DNA of 64,000 nt from Mytilus edulis (taxonomy: Eukaryota). The stretch covers positions 52,328,001 through 52,392,000 of the forward strand of contig NC_092357.1 of assembly GCF_963676685.1 (NCBI RefSeq). The letters are read 5' to 3'. The position numbers and the translations under genes are program-made. The notes beneath the pieces are model-generated. The model was not told the origin of the DNA, ran no database searches, and saw only the letters and a list, made by a program, of their open reading frames with translations. Shown in pieces: positions 51,601 through 59,574 of this stretch (position 1 is its first letter; every line of letters begins with the position of its first letter).

Positions 51601-54600
51601 ATTTAAATAACAAAAATTAATACACTTAATTTTTAGTACATGTATGTACATAGTATACAGAAAAACAGAAAAAAAAAAAATAACGGACTTTGGAAAAAAG
51701 GGGGAGGGCTAAAAAATGTCCTGTCACTACAGTACCAACAGGCATAGACTTTTGATACCTTGCCTAAAATTCTCCAGTCATAAAATCTTTTAGAAAATTC
51801 ATTCTACAACAATTTATATACTTGATCACGGACTAAATGCCCGCGATTTCACTGGTGGTGTGTTCTAGTTTTATAACCATAAGAATAAAAACATGTAATA
51901 TTCCGTTATGACTTTGGCAAATTATTCCGCAAGGATGATCCTGAATACATAAGATTTCTTGAACAATTCCATTTTTGGGTTTGGGAATATGAAATTTCCT
52001 TGAATAGCAATTCTCAAGGCGGAGTATGGATTTTTGTCTGAAACATAAAGACAGTTTGCTAGTAAGATGGAGCATCATGTTTAATGTACTTTTATAAATG
52101 TTTTAAGATATATACTGCACTGGAAAAAGCTGGTTAAATAAAACATAATCAGAAAAGTATTTACCAATATTACTGCAAATACTCTATCATATCCCATAAA
52201 TACATCCTATATCTATAGAAATGTATAATGTTTTTAAAATTTCAGATCACTGATTCAGAATGATATAGAGTGGGTTCCAGATAATTTCTTAACATTTAGC
52301 AGTATTGAATATGTGTAAGTTATTGATAGTACTATAGAAAATATGTAAGTTATCGATAGTCGGCAGTATTGAATATGTGTAAGTTATAGATTGTTGGCAG
52401 TATAGAATATGTGTAAGTTATTGATAGTCGGTAGTTTTGAATATGTGTAAGTTATTGATAGATGGCAGTATTGAATATGTGTAAGTTATAGATAGTTATT
52501 CCAATAGAATATGTGTCAGTTATAGATAGTTGGCAGTATAGAATATGTGTAAGTTATTGATAGTCGGTAGTATTGAATATGTGTAAGTTATAGAAAGTTC
52601 TTACTATAGAAAATGTGTAAGTTATAGAGAGTTGGCAGTATAGAATATGTGTAAGTTATTGATAGTTGGCAGTATAGAATATGTGTAAGTTAATAGATTG
52701 TTGGTAGTATAAAATATCTCTAAGTTGTTGATAGTTAGCAGTATTGAATATGCGTAAGTTATAGATAGTTGCAGTATTGAATATGTGTAAGTTATTGATA
52801 TTTTGCAGTATAAAATATGTGTAAGTTATTGATAGATGGTAGTATTGAATATGTGTAAGTTATTGATAGTTGGTAGTATTGAATATGTGTAAGTTGTTGA
52901 AAGTTAGCAGTATTTAGGAGATAACTGTATTGTATTTTAAGCTCCGACGGCATCAATTGGGGATTTGATGGTCGCAAATTAAGTTTAAGCGGAGACAGTA
53001 AACGGGTATTTGCGACCATCAAATCCCAAATTGATGCCGTCGGAGCTTAAAATACAATATTGTTATCTCCATTCTAATGGAACTGACAGAAAACAACGTT
53101 AAAACATGTATTTAAAATCTGTCATATGACGTCTACGCTTGCGCGTACGTCCCATAGCATCAATTGTCAATTGATGCCATGCAAGAAAGTGACGTTATCC
53201 AATCAAAATGAACGTTACAAACGTTGTTGCATTAGAAGGATAGTTGGTAGTATTGAATATGTGTAAGGTATTGATAGTCGGTAGTATTGAATATGTGTAA
53301 GTTATTGATAGTCGGACATGAATATCAATACTGTGGTAATTTTTATAAATTTCCTGTTTACCAAACTTTTAACTTTTTGAAAAACTAAGGATTTTTTTTT
53401 ATCCCAGGCATGGATTACCTTAGCCATATTTGGCACAACTTTTTGAAATTTTGGATCCTCAATGCTCTTCAACTTTGTTCTTGTTTGGCTTTATAAATAT
53501 TTTGATATGAGCGTCACTGATGAGTCCTATGTAGACGAAACGCTCGTCTGGCGTACTAAATTATAATCCTGGTACCTTTGATAGTTGGTGTGTACAAAAA
53601 ATCTTTTCCAGTGTATCAATGTACAATAGATATGTGAACCAAGTATCGTATATGGTTTTGTCATAGTTAGTAGTATTGAATATATGAAAGTATTAGGTGG
53701 TTAGCAGTTCTGAAAACATGTAGATATTTTAAAGTGGTAGTTTTTAATTTATAAGTATTTTATAGTTATGTGTAAGTAATGGATAGCTGGTAGTATTATT
53801 TTGAAATTGAAATGTTTTGGTTCACATGAATATTGTTGTTCATTTCTTTATTTCTTCATATTGTTAGATAAATTATTTCAAATGTGATACACATTGTTTT
53901 TGTCCCCCCTAAGTACCAGAAAGATACTTTTAATGAACCAATTTCCACTCCAAATTTATCAGTATTTGTTATAATATTAATTATGAATATTATATGAATT
54001 TTATCATTTTTTTTCTTGACATTTCTTGCAGTATATAATGATTTTTATCATAATTATTTTCCAGGTCATTTTCCAGGAACAGTATCAGATATTTTCCATC
54101 TCTAGCTTTGAAGGATGTCACCAGTTTAATATATCTGTAAGGCTTTCATCTTTTATTGTCAAATTTATATATATCACCGTATCATAAATTTGAAATCTGT
54201 ATATGTTCTATATAGTTTTAGAATCTATACTCGTATGCATATTGTGATAAATTGATATAAATACATAACTGAAAAACACTCTTTCACTTTAATAACCGTA
54301 TACCCCTGCCACAAAAAAAAATGGAATATTGTTTTCTGTCCATTTGTCTGCTGTTATGATAGCTACCTGGTTTGATTGCTTCTACCGTTATTCCTAATAT
54401 GTTCATATGTAGCAGTATGCACATAATGAAAATAAGCATAACGTCAAATGATATTACTAAATTCAGGCTCGTTTAGTATGTGGTTTTATTCTCAATAATT
54501 GAACCTGCCAGATAGGGATGCAGACTATAAAATATGATAAACAAGAATTAAGAGAAAAAAATGATTTTTTGAAGGTTTGTTTACATTCCACCATGTTTGT

Positions 54601-57600
54601 TATTGAAACTGTAGAGGGCTCTCTTATCATATTCAAACATATAATTTACCTTATCCATATTGATATGCATTTTTTTTTATCAAATATTAATCAATAAATT
54701 TCAAAATCTAATGCTTCATTACAAAATTCTTGTTTTAGTCAAGCCTGTGACTTTAGTTATAATGATCCGGTGGCGTCGGCGTCGGCGTTTACTAACTTCT
54801 TTTAAAAAAGCTTTATATTTTAGAAAGTGGGAGACCTGGATGCTTCATACTTTGTATATAGATGCATTATGTTACGAACTTACCATTAGTCATATGCTCA
54901 TTGTCCTTGATCTCATTTTCATGGTTCAGTGAACACTTGAAAAAAAAATTTAAGATTTTTTTGTAATGTTAGTTTCTCTTATTATGAGCAATAGGATACC
55001 TATATTTGGTATTTGTGTACCTTGCAAAGTTTTAATACCCGTCAGACAATTTTCCCTTGACCTCAACCTCATTTCATGGATCAGTGAACAAGGTTAAGTT
55101 TTGGTGGTCAAGTCGATATCTCGGATACTATAAGTAATAGGACTACTATATTTGGTGTATGGAAGAACTGTAAGGTATACATCCCAAACTGGCAGGTGTC
55201 ATCTTACCTTGACCTCATTTTCATGGTTAAGTGGTTATAGTTAAGTTTTTGTGTTTTTAATCTGTTTTAGTCTTTTTCTTATACTGTACGCAATAGGTCT
55301 ACTATACTTGGTGTATGGAATGATTGTAAGGTGTACATGTCCAACTGACAGGTGTCATCTGACCTTGACCTCATTTTCATGGTTCAGTGGTCAAAGTTAA
55401 GTTTTTGATTTTGGTCTTTTTATGCCCCATTTATGGGCATTATGTTTTCTGGTCTGTGCCTCCGTCCGTCTGTTCCTTCGCCCGTTCGTCCGTTTGTTCG
55501 TCCGTCTGTCCCGTTTCAGGTTAAAGTTTTGGTTAAAGTTTTTGGTCGAGGTAGTTTTTGATGAAGTTGAAGTCGGATCAACTTGAAACTTAGTAAACAT
55601 GTTCCCTATAATATGATCTTTCTAATTTTAATTCCAAATTAGCGATTTTATCCCATTTTTACGGTCCACTGAACATAGTAAATAATAGTGCGGATTGGGC
55701 ATCCGTGTACTTGGGACACATTCTTGTTTTCTAATACTATATGCAATAGATCAATATTTGGTGAAGGCAAATATGTTATGTACATGTCAGTCTAGCAGGT
55801 TCCATTTGATCTTGACCTCAATTTTATGATTCATTGCTCAGTGTTAAGTTTATGTGTTTCGGTCTTTTTTTCTTAAACTATAAGCAATAGGTCAACTATA
55901 TTTGTTGTATGGAAGGATTGTAAGCTGTATATGTCTGCCTGGCATAGTTCATCTGAACTTGACCTCATTTTCATGGATTATTGGTCAATTTTTAGTTTTC
56001 TTGCTTAAGTCTGTGTTTTAGAAACTATATAAGCAATAGTTTAAGTATATTTAGCGTATTTAATGGTTGTTAGGTGTACATGTATTTCATTTTTTGGTTT
56101 AATTAACCTTCACCTCATTTTCTTGGATCATGTTTAGTTTATTTAATAGTTGTAGTAAAGATCTCAATTTAGGCGAGACATTCAGTCTGTGCACTATTGT
56201 TTTCCTTATAGTAAACTTTATATAATAGGAAGTGTTATTTTTCTGTATTTCAGGGGACTTGAGGAGAACAAGATTAGGAAGATATCTAAGAATCATTTAT
56301 CATCTGTAATTAATTCACCATTGATTCATCTGTAAGTTTATTTATCATCTGTCATTAACTCACCATTGATTCAACTGTAAGTTTATTTATCATCTGTTAT
56401 TAATTCACCATTTATTCATCTATAAGTTTATTTATTATCGGTCATTAACTCACCATTGATTCCTCTCTAAGTTTATTTATCAACTGTCATTAACTCACCA
56501 TTGATTCATCTGTAAGTTGTTTAGAAGTAAATTGATTTTACTGATTTTATAATGTTTTACCATTGAAGTAAACCGTATACCAAGAGAAGTCCAGAAAAAA
56601 GTATAAAAAAAATGTTTGACCATTAAAGGCAATAATGTAAAAAAATGTTCATTTTAGTCATGTTTTAAAAGATTTGGGTCTCATATTTATACACAATTTT
56701 AAATTTTATTCAACCATTTACTGACATATACTTCCTCATGTTAAACTGCATCTGCTATGCTTCCTCAATATATACATGGATTTAAATAAGAATTCACGTA
56801 CTAAAATAAAGCTGACTTCAAGAAAATAAACAAAATTAAGTAAACCACAGTGAGAAAAGAAACTCTGATATGTTCCAGGTACCAATAGATCAAATTGTAT
56901 GCATAAGAGCATCGGTTGCTACTCATTTTCTTTAAAATAACCCAGTTATAACATGTACATCAATTATGCAACTTCTAAATAACACAATTTAAAAAACAAT
57001 TATACCACTCACTTAACTTGTAGAACACTCGTCTAAAAAAAACTTATTTTTTAAAAATATATAAAAACAAAAACATTTTGTTTGCTTGCCCCTTATTTTT
57101 TATCACTTGGCATCTGTCATCGTCATCGTCTTAACGTTTAAATTATTCAGCAAAGTAAGATCTACGAATAAGTCAACATAAACAAACTGTTAATAGACAC
57201 CTTAAGGGGTTATTTTTTTTTAAAGTAAATTTTTCACTATTTTCTTAAAAATTTTACAAAGTTTTTATCTGACACTCCTGGGCCAAATTAAACCAAACTT
57301 GGCCTAAATCATCCTTATGGTATCTCGTTAAAAAAATGTATTTTAGAAGACCGCCATTGCTCAAATTAGAACAAAGAGGTTTATTATAGAAGTCTATAGG
57401 AAAATTGTTAAACAACAATGTTAAATGGTCACAACTTGAAAACGATAAGGGGTCTTCAGTAACTATTGTAAGACTGCAATGGTATTACCTGATTCTAATG
57501 TAACTACTGGGCCAAATTGAACCAAAATTGGTCTCAATCATTATTGGGGCTAACTGATATATATTATTTATTATGAGTTTAAACTTATTTTACATGATTT

Positions 57601-58843
57601 CCAGTAGATCTAATCAGGTGAGAGACACAGCTCTGAAGAGCCTCTAGTTTGGAGCTTTTGTCTGAAGAACTAATAAACAAATTGGTGTCACTCAGGCCTT
57701 AGAAAAAACCTACAAATATTTCAACATGCTTCTAGACTCTTTATATTATTGAAGTTATTGCCCCTTAATGAATACTTTAACAGTTGGTTCATTATAGGAT
57801 TGATTGCAATTAAATGATGATTTTACCAATTTTTTGTGTTATTGCCTATCATTTTGAAACTATATAGATGGAAAGAAACTTGAAATAGCAAAATTGATTT
57901 AATACATATAAGTCAATGGAACTACTGGTAAGGTCATTGGTCAATTCTTAAAAGGGGTTAGAGCCCTTAAATGTAAAAGATTTTCTTTTTGCATTCTTTT
58001 GCCTAATAATTGAAAATATAATAGATAGAAATTTCAAAACACAAAAATGATCTGAGAGACAACTTTTATAACTTGAGCATTATAGATGAAATTGTTTTAT
58101 TGTATTCATATGGGAGTTATTGCCTGTAAATGATGATTTTTTTTTTAAATTGTGCTTCTGCAAAAACTTTAAGAGAGAAACTGAAAAACTGAACATGACA
58201 ATCAACTATACAAGATAAACAAAAGATATATATTTAGTCTTGAATTATGTTCTAGTCTAAAATTTTGGAGGATTTCTATTGTTCAAGATGCTAATAGACC
58301 AAGGTTATGATGATTTCTATTTGTTTAAGATGCTAATAGACTAAGGTTGTCAACATAGCTCTATAAAGCCCCTATAAAATGAACGTATTAGAGAAAAACC
58401 TTAGATTTCCTCTTTATTCATGCATAACCACAAAAAAATTAGAAACAGACGTGTACTTGTTAGAATATCTAAATTTAATTATTGTTAGAAATATACCTAA
58501 AAGTAAACAATTATAACAATGTGAACAGGCCAGTGTAAGGGAACACAGTGTGCTAAATGTTTTATCAATTTCAAATAAAAAAACTTTATTCTTGTGAATT
58601 TCATTTGATGTAGAAAGATGTGTTATTGGAATTTATTGAACCTATATTTTTCCATAGACTACTACAACCCAAAAATAATTGCTATTTGACTTGTCAGTAC
58701 AGGAAGTGACCAATCTCTGTGTTATAGTAGTCTCAGATTTTTCCAACAATTATATGTTATTTTATTTTCAGAAATTTAAGCAATAATATCATAGATTACA
58801 TTGAACCAAATGGATTGAAGCAGTTATCATCATTAAAAATTTT
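468..58843 (+). CDS. Multi-exon extracellular LRR protein gene, partial (5' and 3' ends outside the window or not found). Exons: 468-627, 6531-6596, 31637-31711, 32710-32772, 40099-40176, 52246-52314, 54065-54136, 56254-56331, 58772-58843
   Basis: Every exon has an AG acceptor and a GTAAG donor, with phase-2 junctions. They join without stops: ..GSSMFEGLWSDNSPDIKDNYFFKPSTYGNKICSGGCNCNEKDNIVTGCSGPTV/KIQGYSFENVTMDSFESSVTSI/QLLEMPNFKYFGNATFDHLTNLQSL/TIHSTSLIQFPDISTTQMEKM/MLCDNQIKFFQHNHTNPIWPSTLKRL/SLIQNDIEWVPDNFLTFSSIEYV/SFSRNSIRYFPSLALKDVTSLIYL/GLEENKIRKISKNHLSSVINSPLIHL/NLSNNIIDYIEPNGLKQLSSLKIL. The CxxxCxC..C cap is followed by LxLxxNxI repeats, one per exon, as in LGR/Slit-type ectodomains. 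The family cannot be assigned and extra exons may have been missed. Confidence 0.88.
1846..3045 (+). mobile_element. 5'-truncated Penelope-like retroelement fragment (RT C-terminal region plus 3' tail)
   Basis: Frameshifted translation QLVKLARVCNNILDFSERNLCITEKLLHQGFRYHKLVKTFTKFY aligns by eye with SQLIRYSRAC...LLTRKLLNQEFQMVKLKSSLRKFY of the RT at 62867-63511. Confidence 0.7.
2509..2823 (+). mobile_element. SINE-like non-autonomous retroposon with 13-bp TSD
   Basis: Flanked by ATGTTATGATGGT at 2496-2508 and 2824-2836. Related pieces lie at ~300-360, 660-745, 12040-12140 (-), 12818-12925 and 41920-42186 (-). Confidence 0.75.
3046..3160. repeat. Two tandem ~60-bp copies of the palindrome AAGGTCTTTC..GAAAGACCTT (probable HINE-type terminus)
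   Basis: Direct duplication visible; a further half-site GGAAAGACCTT lies at ~3544. Confidence 0.55.
3598..3940 (+). mobile_element. Short interspersed repeat (SINE-like) with GC-rich structured core
   Basis: Shares the tttaatcccgc...tgtcccaagtcaggag module with 2509-2823; GC-rich island in AT-rich DNA. Confidence 0.55.
4500..6380. mobile_element. Non-autonomous DNA transposon with ~150-bp imperfect inverted repeats rich in TGTACAA
   Basis: 4520-4650 is the reverse complement of 6245-6360 (e.g. tgtacaaattataatttgtattttgactttg vs caaagtcaaaatacaaattataatttgtaca); exact ends and TSD not resolved. Confidence 0.65.
6531..6596 (+). CDS. LRR gene exon
   Basis: ttattgcag|CAAG...CAGCAT|gtaagt; 66 nt, phase 2-2. 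Confidence 0.72.
6895..7362 (+). repeat. HINE-type internal repeat fragment
   Basis: Motifs ccttaaggagttgttgccc and aaccaaactt recur at ~57150-57650 and 57750-58130. Confidence 0.5.
13693..13725 (+). promoter_or_regulatory. TATA box and Inr-like site of the intronless ORF
   Basis: TATATAAA at 13693 and GCAGTT at 13715, ~150 bp upstream of ATG 13842; matching AATAAA at 22836-22841. Confidence 0.45.
13726..13780 (+). mobile_element. Ultra-short retroposed element, copy 1 (12-bp TSD TGCAGTTCTAAT)
   Basis: TSD at 13714-13725 and 13781-13792; 54-bp core identical to 40004-40057. Confidence 0.85.
14156..14444 (-). repeat. 3' LTR
   Basis: Direct repeat of 21849-22135 with about ten differences by eye; preceded on the - strand by polypurine tract AAGTTGGGAGGAG (14445-14457). 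Confidence 0.97.
14809..19242 (-). pseudogene. pol: pol: protease, RT, RNase H, integrase, GPY/F module and PHD finger; two frameshifts (~18670, ~15282)
   Basis: VDTAAEVTII (PR); WCIDYRKLN, FLDDILV (RT); TDAS, TDHSSL (RH); H-H-C-C, LDFLGP, TDQG, AERCNRTL (IN); WKGPG; YCLC...CPRC. The first RT catalytic Asp appears as Asn (KLNANSAYYQ). Confidence 0.95.
19200..19242 (-). promoter_or_regulatory. -1 ribosomal frameshift signal (gag-pol)
   Basis: Slippery heptamer T TTA AAC at 19242-19236, followed by a GAGTCGG...CTGACTC stem; the -1 frame is open into the protease. Confidence 0.8.
19218..21473 (-). pseudogene. gag: gag (N-terminal HhH, repeats, capsid-like region, CCHC zinc knuckle) with three premature stops
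   Basis: ORFs 20898-21473 and 19419-20765 are in one frame. Reading through stops at 20898, 19419 and 19362 reaches CYFCHQFGHIQRDC (19284-19325) and TAG at 19218. Confidence 0.9.
21828..21847 (-). promoter_or_regulatory. Primer binding site, tRNA-Ser-like
   Basis: TGGCGCTTGGCGAGCAGGGT, 1 nt after the LTR; resembles the complement of tRNA-Ser(UGA) 3' ends (..ACCCUGCUCGC(A/U)GCGCCA) with a ~2-nt bulge. Confidence 0.7.
21849..22135 (-). repeat. 5' LTR
   Basis: Direct repeat of 14156-14444; followed on the - strand by the PBS. Confidence 0.97.
22860..23190. repeat. ~25-26-bp minisatellite (ATACATTTAGGTTTCAGACCAGTTTC)
   Basis: About 12 copies, interrupted by ggtttccgacaatagtgccaaacc. Confidence 0.85.
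24908..25692. mobile_element. MITE with TGT...ACA TIRs and 4-bp TSD GATA (Ginger-like)
   Basis: TGTTCCAGACCATATGAGTATTTGGACCGTACGCGTACGGTC is inverted at the right end; GATA at 24904-24907 and 25693-25696. Confidence 0.85.
25776..26191. repeat. Two adjacent long hairpins (25776-25908, 26041-26191) from foldback-type non-autonomous elements
   Basis: Arms gccctggtatcatcc/ggatgataccagggc and cacatagctgagagggtgatagagcagat/atctgctctatcaccctctcagctatgtg; a related end lies at ~29470-29580. Confidence 0.7.
26509..29212 (-). mobile_element. Academ-type DNA transposon relic
   Basis: TIR TAGTGGGAGATATTA/TAATATCTCCCACTA, 3-bp TSD AAC; decayed transposase motifs NFTVRKTSKYFS..IDQAKKQNNAVVK, WMVAGPEVSRL, STDTDVV. 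Confidence 0.78.
31637..31711 (+). CDS. LRR gene exon
   Basis: ctcttcttcag|CCAA...AAGTTT|gtaagt; 75 nt; ATFDHLTNLQSL. Confidence 0.9.
31698..32250 (+). repeat. 46-bp minisatellite x12 containing the exon end and splice donor
   Basis: Unit AATTTACAAAGTTT|GTAAGTATATTTGTATGAGATCACCTAAAACC, nearly perfect. Confidence 0.97.
32710..32772 (+). CDS. LRR gene exon
   Basis: taacag|GACT...GAAAAT|gtaagt; 63 nt; LTIHSTSLIQFPDI. Confidence 0.85.
32969..39670. repeat. 6.7-kb satellite array, 74-bp and 69-bp unit variants (~90 copies)
   Basis: Consensus TTTATCTCCCCTGACTAAGCATTCAGGCCATGG(ACATA)CAGRTAGTTACTGTTGTTTCTATGTAATATATTATG. Confidence 0.97.
36353..36511. mobile_element. 159-bp GC-rich MITE inserted in the satellite
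   Basis: TIR CAGAGGCGGAT/ATCCGCCACTG, flanked by duplicated ATTCT. Confidence 0.85.
40003..40060 (+). mobile_element. Ultra-short retroposed element, copy 2 (11-bp TSD ATTTCTGTTGT)
   Basis: TSD at 39992-40002 and 40061-40071. Confidence 0.85.
40099..40176 (+). CDS. LRR gene exon
   Basis: gtttttag|GATG...GAGATT|gtaagt; 78 nt; MLCDNQIK...PSTLKRL. Confidence 0.85.
41920..42186 (-). mobile_element. SINE-like repeat, same family as 2509-2823
   Basis: Reverse-complement similarity over ~260 bp. Confidence 0.75.
47685..49130. repeat. ~210-bp tandem repeat x~7 with 420-bp dimeric higher-order structure, inside the YR element
   Basis: Units start at ~47893, 48102, 48313, 48522, 48733, 48943; alternate units are near-identical. 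Confidence 0.95.
49215..49700 (+). pseudogene. Tyrosine recombinase relic
   Basis: R..K..(H>Y)SLR..(H>N)GRW..(Y>stop) layout of the catalytic residues; frameshifted. Confidence 0.8.
50925..51312. mobile_element. Foldback-type non-autonomous element with terminal hairpin at 51165-51309
   Basis: Arms aacagatatatcatgtta..gaggggtatttgcgaaaaataccagtc and their reverse complement; TTTTGATTGG at the other end. Confidence 0.6.
52246..52314 (+). CDS. LRR gene exon
   Basis: atttcag|ATCA...ATATGT|gtaagt; 69 nt; LSLIQNDIEWVP. Confidence 0.88.
52298..53315 (+). repeat. ~33-bp minisatellite containing the exon end and splice donor (about 20 copies), interrupted at 52913-53237
   Basis: Unit GCAGTATTGAATATGT|GTAAGTTATTGATAGTTG; degenerate copies continue to ~53795. 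Confidence 0.93.
52914..53236. mobile_element. Foldback-type element inserted in the minisatellite
   Basis: Hairpin 52918-53070 (ggagataac..gtattttaagctccgacggcatcaatt and reverse complement), plus CCAATCAAAA near the other end. Confidence 0.7.
53316..53583 (+). mobile_element. Penelope/retrozyme-type repeat carrying a hammerhead ribozyme
   Basis: Non-minisatellite block containing the HHR motif. Confidence 0.65.
53511..53554 (+). ncRNA. Minimal type I hammerhead ribozyme
   Basis: Stem I GCGTCA/TGGCGT; core CTGATGA; stem II GTC..GAC; GAAA; short stem III AC-GCTC-GT; cleavage triplet GTC at 53546-53548. Confidence 0.85.
54065..54136 (+). CDS. LRR gene exon
   Basis: ttttccag|GTCA...ATATCT|gtaagg; 72 nt; SFSRNSIRYFPSLAL. 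Confidence 0.88.
54733..56202 (+). mobile_element. HINE/Helentron-like element with internal tandem repeats
   Basis: T-rich start, (GGCGTC)n microsatellite, repeated gaccttgacctcattttcatgg units, 3' hairpin and TTGTTTT. Confidence 0.7.
55417..55729 (+). mobile_element. Second HINE nested in the first
   Basis: ATGCCCCATTTATGGGCAT subterminal palindrome, (CGTC)n-like tract, 3' GGGCAT..GGACACATTCTTGTT; inserted in a T-run. Confidence 0.75.
56254..56331 (+). CDS. LRR gene exon
   Basis: gtatttcag|GGGA...TCATCT|gtaagt; 78 nt; LGLEENKIRKI. Confidence 0.88.
56295..56518 (+). repeat. 45-bp minisatellite x5 containing the exon end and splice donor
   Basis: Unit ATTTATCATCTGTCATTAACTCACCATTGATTCATCT|GTAAGTTT. 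Confidence 0.95.
58772..58843 (+). CDS. LRR gene exon
   Basis: ttattttcag|AAAT...AATTTT|gtaagt; 72 nt; LNLSNNIIDYIEPNGLKQLSSLKIL. Confidence 0.92.
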
Positions 58844-59147
58844 GTAAGTATATCTATTTATTACAGAAATATGAGGAAGCTTTTTTTCTCTTTGAACTTT
58901 ATATTCATTTAAAAAAAAAGGAAGAGAGTTATGGGACATTGACTGTCAGATTTGAAGGCATTTCCCCATAAATAGAACTCAAAATGTAAATACTCGTGTG
59001 GTTGTAGTTAGAAACATTGATGACGACGAAGATGACGATGTAGAAGATTTTCTTTTTCTGTATATATCTTATAAATCATTGTTAGCTATCGAATGAAAAC
59101 AAAGCAGTCCATAATATTTTCGAAATAATAAATACAAATAGAAGGAA

Positions 59148-59574
59148 ATTCAAAACAGTGTGGTCCTGGCCATTGATTGACGACCTAAATTATCCCATTG
59201 ACTGGGAAAGATTAGGTGAACGTTTGTCTGTAACGACCATTGCTCACTTCTTGCTTATTATAGAATTTAAACTGTGGGGTCACCAAAGGTTCTTAACGTC
59301 TTTAATAATAAAATAATTCGAAAAATTATTCAGGAATAACCTTTATGTTTTGATTTAAATTATTGATATAAATCAACACATCGTATTATTCCGGATTCGT
59401 TTTTCGAATTTTTTTATTTAGGTGTTGAGAACCTTTGGTGACCCCACAGATTCAGTGTCTTTAACAAGTACATAGTGAGCAGTGATTGTTACCGACAAAC
59501 GTTCACCTAATATGTCCCAGTCAATGGGATAATTTAGGTCGTCAATCAATGGCCAGGACCACACTGTTTTGAAT
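59148..59574. mobile_element. 427-bp palindromic MITE
   Basis: ATTCAAAACAGTGTGGTCCTGGCCATTGATTGACGACCTAAATTATCCCATTGACTGGGA is exactly inverted at the right end; imperfect pairing continues inward. Confidence 0.88.
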
